Shown here: piece by piece, positions 56,440-64,000 of the stretch
Layout of the letters: each line of letters starts with the position of its first letter
How positions within the stretch are numbered: position 1 is the stretch's first letter
Source: Candidatus Latescibacterota bacterium
GTDB taxonomy: Bacteria > Latescibacterota > UBA2968 > UBA8231
Assembly (NCBI GenBank): GCA_965243025.1
Contig: CBDETY010000003.1
Coordinates: 352,001 to 416,000, forward strand
Direction of reading: 5' to 3'
Length of the DNA stretch: 64,000 nucleotides
Notes under the pieces: generated by a model
Database searches by the model: none
The model's input: only the letters and a program-made list of their open reading frames with translations
Told to the model about the DNA's origin: nothing
Program-made: the position numbers and the translations under genes

Positions 56440-58692
56440 TTGGTCGACCTGCTGACCAGGAGGACGAAACGGCTGTACCGGGAGTGCTCGGGCCGAACGT
56501 GGTGCGGGGCGGTGTTCCTGTTCTCGTTCGCCCTCCTCTGGCGCGCGCTCTACCTCCACCAGGTAGCCGCCGGGAGCCCGTTTTTCGATGCGCCCATGGC
56601 GGACGCACAGGCCTTCTTCCAGCAGGCGGAACAGTTCGCTGCGACGTTCAGCCTGGGGGAGGAGCCGTTCACCGGGCCGCCGCTCTATCCCGTCTTCCTC
56701 GGCGTCCTTTACTGGCTCTTCGGAGCTGATTTTTTCGCCTTCCGCCTGATCCAGTTCACCCTTGGCGCGCTCAGCGTCGTACTGCTCTACCTGATCGGCC
56801 GGCGGGTATTTTCTCCCGGCGTCGGTCTGGCCGCCGGGGCCGCGGCCGCGCTGTACGGGCCGCTGATCTACTTCGAGGGGGAACTTCTGCCCCCGGGCCT
56901 GGCCATCCTCCTGAACTTGAGCCTCGTGCTCCTTCTCCTTCGCGCCGGTACCGTCAGCCGTCCCTGGACCTTTCTTGCCGCCGGACTCCTGCTGGGCGTG
57001 GCCGGTCTCGCCGTTCCCCACGTGTTCCTCTTCGGTCCGGGGGTGGCCGGGTGGATACTCGTGCGCAGGGACCCGGGGCTGCCGGCCAGGCTCGGCCGCG
57101 TCCTGCTCCTGGCGCTGGGAGTGTTTCTCGTCATCGGCGGCACGACGTGGCGCAACTACCACAAGGGCGGGGACCTGGTCCTGCTCTCGTCGGACTCGGG
57201 CCTGAGTTTTTTTCTGGGCAACAACCCGGACCGAGCGCGAACGGTCGGGCTTGGACCCGGCGCGGATCGGGACGAGCTGATCGCACAACCTGTCCGGCAG
57301 GGGTTGGAAAAACCTTCGGAGCAGTCGGCCTATTTCTGGCGGGCGGCGGTCTCGTTCGCCAGGGAGGAGCCGGCAGCTTTTCTGCGGTCGCTGGCTGCGA
57401 AAGCATTCGACTTCTGGCAGGGAGGCGAGGTCCGGGGTCACACCGACATCTACTTTGCCCGCGCCCATTCCGCGCTGCTGGCCGGGCTGGTGTGGCACCA
57501 TGGGCTCGCCTTCCCGTTCGGCATCGTGGGCCCGCTGGCCCTGGTCGGCCTGCTGCTGGCCATCCGCGAAAGACGAGCGGGTCTGATCGTACTGTTCGTC
57601 CTGTGTCATGCAGCGGCGGTCGTCGCCTTCTCGGCGACCGCCCGCTACCGCCTCCCCGCGGTGCCGCTGTTGATCCTGCTGGCCTGCTACGCCGGCGCGT
57701 GGCTGATGGACCGGGTGTCGGCCAGGCAGTGGCGAAGCGTGTTGCCGGCGGCAGGTCTCCTCCTCCTTGTCGCCCTGCCGCTCAACGCCAGGGCAGTCGC
57801 CCCGGCAGAGGACGCCAGGGACCGGTACTACGTCGGGCTGGCCTACGCACGCAAAGGTATGCCGGCGAGAGCGGCCCTGGAGTTGCGAAGAGCCCTCGAC
57901 CTGGACGAGAGTCACTACGATGCGCGCCTGAAGCTGGGTGAGCTCCTGGTAGATCTCGACAACCCCGCCGAGGCTCGGGAACAGTTCCGGCTGCTGGCCC
58001 GGCGTTATCCGCTGCGGGCGGATCCGCGGCGCAACCTGGCCGACCTCCATCTCGAGGAGGGGAGAATCGAAGAGGCCGCGGCCCTGTTCGAGGAGATCGT
58101 CGAGCTCGAACCCACGGCCGCCAGCTCTCATTACGACCTGGCCGGGGCCCTGCGTCTGGCGGGACGCCTCGAGGCAGCCAGGGACTCCTACCTGAAGGTC
58201 CTGGAACTGGACCCCGGTCATTTCGAAGCCGGGTACCACCTGGCGGTCCTCTACCAGCAGGAGGGACGGTGGGGGGAAGCGGAGCGCCTGTACCTGCAGC
58301 TTCTCGAGCAGCGGCCAGGGCATGACGACGTGCGCAACAACCTGGGGTACAACTACCTGAGACAGCGGCAATTCCAGGCGGCTGCAGCGGAGTTTTCCCG
58401 TGTTCTGGACGGCAACCCCGATCACGTGCTCGCCCGCCGGAACCTGGCCTTCGCCTACGAAGGGCTGGAACGCAACCGCGAGGCGGTGCGGGAGTACGAG
58501 CGTCTCATCGAGCAGGGGGAAGAAGCCGAGGTTTACAATCACCTGGCTCGTCTCTACGGAAAGATGGGGCAGACGGAGAAATCCGGGGAGGCGCGGCGGA
58601 AGCACCGGATGGTGCTGCGGCGCGAGGAAATTTTCGGAAAGCTGCGCGAGCGGACGGAGCAGCTGTTCGAGGAAGCTGCAGGAGCCCGTTGA
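56440..58692 (+). CDS. GT-C (ArnT/PMT-like) membrane glycosyltransferase with C-terminal TPRs
   Basis: Paralog of 7850-10021: PFFDAPMADA, PPLYPVFL, YGPLIYFEGELL, WRNY..GG..VL.S..GL.FFLGNN, RYRLP; TPR tail. Start uncertain. Confidence 0.85.
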   Translation: MVDLLTRRTKRLYRECSGRTWCGAVFLFSFALLWRALYLHQVAAGSPFFDAPMADAQAFFQQAEQFAATFSLGEEPFTGPPLYPVFLGVLYWLFGADFFAFRLIQFTLGALSVVLLYLIGRRVFSPGVGLAAGAAAALYGPLIYFEGELLPPGLAILLNLSLVLLLLRAGTVSRPWTFLAAGLLLGVAGLAVPHVFLFGPGVAGWILVRRDPGLPARLGRVLLLALGVFLVIGGTTWRNYHKGGDLVLLSSDSGLSFFLGNNPDRARTVGLGPGADRDELIAQPVRQGLEKPSEQSAYFWRAAVSFAREEPAAFLRSLAAKAFDFWQGGEVRGHTDIYFARAHSALLAGLVWHHGLAFPFGIVGPLALVGLLLAIRERRAGLIVLFVLCHAAAVVAFSATARYRLPAVPLLILLACYAGAWLMDRVSARQWRSVLPAAGLLLLVALPLNARAVAPAEDARDRYYVGLAYARKGMPARAALELRRALDLDESHYDARLKLGELLVDLDNPAEAREQFRLLARRYPLRADPRRNLADLHLEEGRIEEAAALFEEIVELEPTAASSHYDLAGALRLAGRLEAARDSYLKVLELDPGHFEAGYHLAVLYQQEGRWGEAERLYLQLLEQRPGHDDVRNNLGYNYLRQRQFQAAAAEFSRVLDGNPDHVLARRNLAFAYEGLERNREAVREYERLIEQGEEAEVYNHLARLYGKMGQTEKSGEARRKHRMVLRREEIFGKLRERTEQLFEEAAGAR

Positions 58693-58819
58693 CACTGGGA
58701 TCGCTCAAGCTTCAGCTGTCCCGACCGGGGTGGTCTACCGCTCCTCTTCCGGCACCAATCGAACCGCAGAAAGGAGACAGGACAGTGGAAACCCGGTCTG
58801 CTGCAACAGGCAGTCGGCT

Positions 58820-60397
58820 ATGAAAACCAGGCTCCGTTCGGCGCATGGACTCTTTACCGGACTGTTGGGCCTTGCCCTGGGCACATGCTTGCAAGCCCAG
58901 GCCAAACCTCAGCGAACACCCCAGGAGATTGCGGCCCTCAACAAGCAGTACTGCGGCGGCTGCCATTTCGTCCCTCCGGCGGACCTGATGCCGAAGAAGG
59001 ACTGGCCCAGGGTGATTCAGGCCATGCAGGATCTGACCATAGAGCAGGACGGCCGCCCCTTCTTCCCGGACGATGTCCTCAGGGATCTTACCGTTTTCTA
59101 TTACGAAAGTGCTCCGGCCGAGCTTCCAAGGCTTCCCTATTTCGGCGACACTGACAGCCCGGTTGCTTTCCATTTGAGGGAGATCGGCGAAAAATCGGTG
59201 CTGCCTTCGGTGATCAACATCCGCACCGCCGATTTGAACAGCGGCGACAAACTGGAATTCCTGCTTTGTGACGGGGAGAGCAATCAGGTAAACCTGTTGC
59301 AACAGGTCGAGGGGGAGTGGCGGGAATCGAAACTTGCGGATGTGGCCATTCCGGTGAACACCGAGGTGGTCGATTATGACGCTGACGGGGACAGGGATAT
59401 CCTGGTGGCGGCGCTGGGTTACTACCCCCCTTCAGACAAGCTGGCCGGCAGGGTGGTGGTGCTGGAACAGACCATGGCGCGACAGTTCGAGAAAAAAGTC
59501 CTGCTGGAAGAGGTGGGCCGCATCACCGATGTCCGCAGCGCCGACATGGACAGGGACGGCGACCTCGACATTGCCGTGGCCATTTTCGGCGGCAATGTCG
59601 TGGGGGAACTGGCGTGGCTGGAGAACCGCGGCAAGGGCCGGTACCAAAAACACACGATGGTGAATGCCCGCGGCGGCCTGAACATGACGCCGACGGACCT
59701 CAACGGGGACGACCTGGTGGATTTCATCAGCTTTGTCTCCCAGGAAAACGAGGCGATCATCGGCATCGTCAATCTGGGCGGAGGGGAGTTCAAATCCAGC
59801 ACTCTGACCCAGGCCCCGCACCCCATGTTCGGTTCCACCGGCATGTGCCTGGCCGACCTCGACAGCGACGGCGACCAGGATATCGTTTTTACCAACGGCG
59901 ACAACTTCGACCTCCAGTGGGATCCCAAGCCCTACCACGGCGTGCAGTGGCTGGAAAATTTCGGCCGCTTGAAATTGACGGAAGCCGCCGGCGCCGGCTC
60001 CGGGGGGGAGGTGTTCTACGCCCTCAAGTACCAGGAGATCGACCGCTTTTACGGTGCCGTGGATGCGGTAGTGGGTGATATGGACGGGGATGGGGACATG
60101 GATATCGTCGCCAGCAGCTGGTCCAACTACTGGGATGATCCCAGGCGCCAGAGCCTGGTCTGGTTTGAAAATGACGGGTCGCAGAGCTTCAGACGCCACA
60201 ACATCGCCAGCCGTCCGCAAAGTATAGTTTCCCTTGAACTGCGCGATGTCAATAATGACAAGCGGCTGGATATCGTCGGGGGTGTATTCCGGGTAGACCT
60301 GCTGATGAATGTGCTGAAAGATCCCGAAAAGGGTTTGGGCAAGGAAACAGATCCGAAAACACGGGTGGTTGTTTTCGAGAACAGACCCGCCGATTGA
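58820..60397 (+). CDS. Exported protein with c-type heme motif and FG-GAP/VCBS repeats
   Basis: Signal peptide; YCGGCH (CxxCH); repeated DxDxDGDxDI; KPYHGVQWLEN. Confidence 0.85.
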   Translation: MKTRLRSAHGLFTGLLGLALGTCLQAQAKPQRTPQEIAALNKQYCGGCHFVPPADLMPKKDWPRVIQAMQDLTIEQDGRPFFPDDVLRDLTVFYYESAPAELPRLPYFGDTDSPVAFHLREIGEKSVLPSVINIRTADLNSGDKLEFLLCDGESNQVNLLQQVEGEWRESKLADVAIPVNTEVVDYDADGDRDILVAALGYYPPSDKLAGRVVVLEQTMARQFEKKVLLEEVGRITDVRSADMDRDGDLDIAVAIFGGNVVGELAWLENRGKGRYQKHTMVNARGGLNMTPTDLNGDDLVDFISFVSQENEAIIGIVNLGGGEFKSSTLTQAPHPMFGSTGMCLADLDSDGDQDIVFTNGDNFDLQWDPKPYHGVQWLENFGRLKLTEAAGAGSGGEVFYALKYQEIDRFYGAVDAVVGDMDGDGDMDIVASSWSNYWDDPRRQSLVWFENDGSQSFRRHNIASRPQSIVSLELRDVNNDKRLDIVGGVFRVDLLMNVLKDPEKGLGKETDPKTRVVVFENRPAD

Positions 60398-60499
60398 AGG
60401 AGAAAGCCTGGATATCCCCGCTCCTTTCTTTCTGCTTAAACAGCCTGCGAAGTCTTTCCCGGGCCAGCTGCTCCGTGCGCTGGAGGAGGTTGCCGCGGG

Positions 60500-61903
60500 T
60501 CAGTCGAACAAGGTGGCGGGAAGGGGTTCTGCGAGGGGCACGACCCAATCCTTGTGTTTGAAAGTGCGGCCTTGTGTCAGCAGATCGACTTCAGGATCAA
60601 TGAGGAATTGGGACTTCCTTCCGTTCAGCCTGAGACGCGACCTGACCGTTACCGCAATCTTTTCGGACTCGTGAGTTTCCCGGTATCTTTCGGCTATGTG
60701 ATGGGCGGCCTGAAGGATTTTGTCGGGATCCGTGGCCATGACCTCGATCTGCAACGGCGTAAAGAAGTCGCGATTCCTTATCAGTATCTTTTTTTGTTGC
60801 TCCTTGTCATGAAGGAAAAAGTCCAGTTTGTACCTCTTTATGCTGGATCGCATCCCCCAGCTGAAAACTATCCCTTCTTCGGTCCAATGGACGTTTCCCT
60901 CTATCAGATGATGGCGCAGGGGAATGAACAATTGCAGTATCACATATATGCCGAGAAGCGAAATGGTTGACTTCTGCAGCTTGTTCAGGTTCTTGTCCGG
61001 GGTCCACCCCCGTGGTTGGCGATTGGAATTTGCATCAGGTTTTTTCCTGAATTTGAAAAACAGGTCTCGAGGCCAGGACGGGGGCAGAAGAATCAGGGTC
61101 GTTACAAGCATGAACAGGGCGAAGAAGCCGACATTGGTGACGAAGAAATTGAAGATGTGAAAGAGGAATAACGAGATCAGTCCAAGTTTTCTGAATGGCC
61201 GGAAAATCACCATGGGAACGAGAACAAGATCGAGAAGGAGACCGCCGTAAGTCGTCCCGTAAATGAACCACGGCTCCTGGCAGAATTGGCCGATAAACGG
61301 AAGATGGGTTCTCGGTGCGAAGAGACCCTTGGTGACAAAACCTCCCAGCCAGTCCTCATTCAGTTTCGTTACTCCTCCGAACAGGTAAGGCATTGCGATC
61401 TGAAATCGCAATATCCATACAGTCCAGGCCGGAGTCGTTTCGGAGGCGCTATCCGGTTTTTTCCACGCGTCACAGGAAAACTTCTTTTGCGCGGGAACGA
61501 ATATCAGGATCAGACTGATCCACCAGGCGAGATAGAAGTAGGTGTCCCAGACAATCTGGTTGATCAGCAGAAAATAGGTCAGACCCAGACTGAACAGGGA
61601 ACAGCTCAGAATGTATCGGTACCCGATACAGATAAGGACAGCCAGGAATATGAGAAGTACAAACAGCAGGTACATGAAGGGACCAGGCAGGGGGTCGACC
61701 CATTCGAATCCGATGTAGTGGAAATGGAACCGGGGATCGATCCAGTTTGTTTTAATGTCGAACTGGTCCAGGAACAGGACGAACGTCAAGATCATTATCA
61801 ACCCGTATACTATGCGAAAGAAAACCAGGGAAGCTATATCAACCGGTTTGAAAAAAGAGGATATGAACGAAGTGAAATCCGGTTTGATTTTTTCAGGATT
61901 CAT
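60500..61903 (-). CDS. HTTM domain / vitamin K-dependent gamma-glutamyl carboxylase homolog
   Basis: PVDIASLVFFRIVYG, FHFHYIGFEWV.P, LRFQI...YLFGGVTKLNEDW, PLRH...WTEEG..FSW.M, PDKILQAAH, Q.LIDP.VDL; AT-richer. Confidence 0.92.
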   Translation of the reverse strand: MNPEKIKPDFTSFISSFFKPVDIASLVFFRIVYGLIMILTFVLFLDQFDIKTNWIDPRFHFHYIGFEWVDPLPGPFMYLLFVLLIFLAVLICIGYRYILSCSLFSLGLTYFLLINQIVWDTYFYLAWWISLILIFVPAQKKFSCDAWKKPDSASETTPAWTVWILRFQIAMPYLFGGVTKLNEDWLGGFVTKGLFAPRTHLPFIGQFCQEPWFIYGTTYGGLLLDLVLVPMVIFRPFRKLGLISLFLFHIFNFFVTNVGFFALFMLVTTLILLPPSWPRDLFFKFRKKPDANSNRQPRGWTPDKNLNKLQKSTISLLGIYVILQLFIPLRHHLIEGNVHWTEEGIVFSWGMRSSIKRYKLDFFLHDKEQQKKILIRNRDFFTPLQIEVMATDPDKILQAAHHIAERYRETHESEKIAVTVRSRLRLNGRKSQFLIDPEVDLLTQGRTFKHKDWVVPLAEPLPATLFD

Positions 61904-61995
61904 TGGGAATACCCGTGCATCCGGGGGTTTTGTACCGGTATTCTTCGGCCCACACTCGGGTGAATGCCATCACGAACAGGGCTGCCGAGACAGGT

Positions 61996-62382
61996 TCACC
62001 AGACAATCTCTACCTCGTACGACCGCAGCCTGTTCTCTCCGCTGATCAGGGGAATACCCTCGCTTCTCGCTTGGGCGATCAACAGGCGGTCGAAGGGATC
62101 CCGGTGATGGTGAGGCAGACTGTACACCTCGAGGCTGTGGTGCAAGCTCACCGGGAGGACTCCAAAGCGGTTTCGGTGGACGTGCTGCGGCACGAATACC
62201 TGGGGTTCGGAATGCAACTCGAGACGGCCGAGGGCAGACATGATTGCAATCTCCCAACCGCTCGCGGCGCTGAGCAGTACCTCATTGTCCGGATTCGCGA
62301 TCTCCGCACGCGCCCGCGGGCTCAAGCGCGGTTCGTCGGTCACCCACCAGAGAAACACGTGCGTGTCCATCAGCAGGGTCAT
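61996..62382 (-). CDS. vapC: PIN domain VapC toxin
   Basis: LLMDTHVFLWW, SAASGWEIAI, HHRDPFDRLLIAQA. Confidence 0.93.
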   Translation of the reverse strand: MTLLMDTHVFLWWVTDEPRLSPRARAEIANPDNEVLLSAASGWEIAIMSALGRLELHSEPQVFVPQHVHRNRFGVLPVSLHHSLEVYSLPHHHRDPFDRLLIAQARSEGIPLISGENRLRSYEVEIVW

Positions 62383-62627
62383 TGCTCAGGCCCTCCTTCG
62401 AACCCGGTCAGCAGGTCCTCGGGCAGGGGGGCGTCGAAGTCGTCTTTCATGTGCACGAGTCCTCTGGCGCTACCCGGAATTCGCGGTCCCTTGCGCTGTG
62501 GCTCGACGGGTCCGAGTCGGGCCACCGGCGTGCCGGAGCGGGCAATGAGCACCTCTTCCCCGCTCAACACCCGACGGATCAACTTCGAGAGGTTCGTTTT
62601 CGCCTCGTGCATGTTGACCTGTAACAT
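62379..62627 (-). CDS. Phd/YefM family antitoxin
   Basis: VNMHEAKTNLSKLI..V..GEEVLIARSGTPVARL...DDFDAPLPED; ATGA overlap with the toxin. Confidence 0.93.
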   Translation of the reverse strand: MLQVNMHEAKTNLSKLIRRVLSGEEVLIARSGTPVARLGPVEPQRKGPRIPGSARGLVHMKDDFDAPLPEDLLTGFEGGPEQ

Positions 62628-62668
62628 TTGCCTGACCTCCCTGACAACGTGGCTGTGGGCACCTCTAT

Positions 62669-62692
62669 CTTAGCTAAGCTATAGACTAAGTC
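62669..62692. promoter_or_regulatory. Autoregulatory operator of the Phd-VapC pair
   Basis: Palindrome CTTAGCTAAG (62669-62678) and related GACTAAGTC (62684-62692) upstream of the antitoxin. Confidence 0.55.
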
Positions 62693-62887
62693 CATGCTCT
62701 CCGCTCGTCAACTCGCGGCTGCCGGGTCGCTCCGCCTCTCGGCAGCGACCGGCACGGCAGTCTGTTCGCCGGCCACTTCGACAGGGGGCGGTCGTCTGTT
62801 CCTTGTCGAAGGCAGTGAGTTGCGACGCGTGAGCGGGGGTCCACCGAATCGCTCCGATTCGGGAATTCTTCGGGCGGGGTTTTCGTC

Positions 62888-64000
62888 ATGACCAGGGTGG
62901 TGTATCTGCTGTTCTTCTTTTCCGGGGGAGCCGGCCTGATCTACCAGGTCATCTGGGTCCGGCAGTTCGGGAACGTATTCGGCAATACCGTCTACTCAGC
63001 CTCGCTCGTGATCGCCGTTTTCATGTGCGGGCTCGGGCTCGGCAGCTACCTCGCCGGTATCTGGGCGGACAGACGCTACGCCTTCGCTCCCTCTTCGCTC
63101 CTCAGGGCTTTCGGATACTGCGAGCTGGCAATCGGCGGAATGGGTCTGGTGATCGCCCTGGTCCTTCCCCGCCTGGGATGGCTTTCGGCCGCGGTTTCCA
63201 CCTACGTCCCAGGTCCCAACGGCTGGTATTTCCTCTCTGCGTGGTCCCACCTGGCGCGCTACGGCATCGCCTTCCTCGCGCTGGCCCCGATAACCCTGGT
63301 GATGGGGGCGACCCTGACCTTGCTGATTCGATACCTGATTCAGCGCGACGTGGCCGCGGCCGGATGGAAGATCGGGGCGCTCTACGGGATCAACACCGCG
63401 GGAGCGGCTGCCGGGGCTTTCCTGACCGACTTCCTATTCATCCCAGGGGCGGGGTTGGGCGGTTCCCAGGTCATCGCCGCCGGCTGCAATCTCATTGCCG
63501 CGGCCGGGGCCCTTCACCTCGCATCGACCCGTGCCCGAAAAGGCGCCGAACACGCGCCGGCCGCCAGAGAGGTTCACCGGGAGGAGGCAGGGGTCCAAGG
63601 GGAGGAGTTGAAAGCCGGCCCGGCCATCGTCGGTCTGAGCGGGCTCGCACTGCTGTTGTCCGGGTTTGCCGCCATGGGCATGGAGATCGTCTGGTTCCGT
63701 CACATCGCCCACACCGTCGGGAGCTTTCGCTCGGTGTACTCGTTGCTTCTCACGGTGATTCTCGTCGGAATCTGGCTGGGTTCCATGACCGGCGGGTTCC
63801 TCAACCGCAGGATGGGCAACCCGCTTCCATTGTTCATCGCGGCGCAGGCGCTGTTCGGGGTTTCCGCGTTGCTGGGTGTCGCCGGCGCCGGCACCGAACG
63901 GCTCGTAACCGCGGGCAACGCAGGCGCGGCGAGCTTTCTCGCCTCCTCGGGGATGAAGAGATCGGCCGTCGAGGTGTGGATCAACCTGCAGCCGGTGCTG
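62888..64000 (+). CDS. Fused MFS/spermidine synthase-like membrane protein, N-terminal part (runs off the window; absent from the ORF track)
   Basis: MTRVVYLLFFFSGGAGLIYQVIWVRQFGNVFGNTVYSAS...FMCGLGLGS; MGATL; LYGINTAGAAAG; second repeat LSGFAAMGMEIVWFR. Confidence 0.88.
   Translation, partial: MTRVVYLLFFFSGGAGLIYQVIWVRQFGNVFGNTVYSASLVIAVFMCGLGLGSYLAGIWADRRYAFAPSSLLRAFGYCELAIGGMGLVIALVLPRLGWLSAAVSTYVPGPNGWYFLSAWSHLARYGIAFLALAPITLVMGATLTLLIRYLIQRDVAAAGWKIGALYGINTAGAAAGAFLTDFLFIPGAGLGGSQVIAAGCNLIAAAGALHLASTRARKGAEHAPAAREVHREEAGVQGEELKAGPAIVGLSGLALLLSGFAAMGMEIVWFRHIAHTVGSFRSVYSLLLTVILVGIWLGSMTGGFLNRRMGNPLPLFIAAQALFGVSALLGVAGAGTERLVTAGNAGAASFLASSGMKRSAVEVWINLQPVL

Noticed and set aside
1-64000. 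CRISPR array, tRNA, rRNA, integron attC array, IS element
   Set aside because: No regularly spaced repeats, cloverleaf, rRNA signature, integrase or transposase were recognised by eye. A covariance-model scan was not run, so small RNAs cannot be excluded.

Overview
GC-rich bacterial window with about 40 protein genes and several pseudogenes. I saw no rRNA, tRNA, CRISPR array or transposase/integrase. Gene content suggests, by inference only, a Latescibacterota/Gemmatimonadota/Poribacteria-like organism, possibly host-associated: sulfatase, Asp-box sialidase, PhyH, DUF6785-type transporters, CRTAC1/ASPIC-UnbV, many TPR proteins, FlgD-type C-terminal domains and a 'TWGRLK' tail. Layout: (1) 1-3.7 kb, end of a sulfatase, then an MDR-dehydrogenase/GMC-oxidoreductase cassette bracketed by a 36-bp direct repeat; (2) 3.8-7.65 kb, a decaying toxin-antitoxin cluster (RES-Xre, RHH/PIN, Phd/PIN) mixed with type I R-M hsdR/hsdM stubs; (3) 7.8-42.7 kb, carbohydrate uptake and catabolism genes (Opp-type ABC transporter, two DUF6785-type transporters, Gfo/Idh/MocA enzymes, sialidase, several unclassified glycoside-hydrolase-like proteins, AllA-like cupins, an enolase-superfamily enzyme); (4) 42.9-58.7 kb, the best candidate for an undescribed system: a co-directional envelope operon with three paralogous secreted proteins ending in a 'P[NS]PFTPNGDGIND' domain, a 906-aa putative outer-membrane barrel with Asp-rich loops, a PPIase-TPR lipoprotein, a small lipoprotein and a GT-C/TPR glycosyltransferase; (5) 58.8-64 kb, a CxxCH/FG-GAP protein, an AT-richer HTTM/gamma-carboxylase homolog, an intact Phd-VapC pair and a partial MFS/spermidine-synthase-like gene. 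All calls come from reading motifs by eye; no database searches were run.
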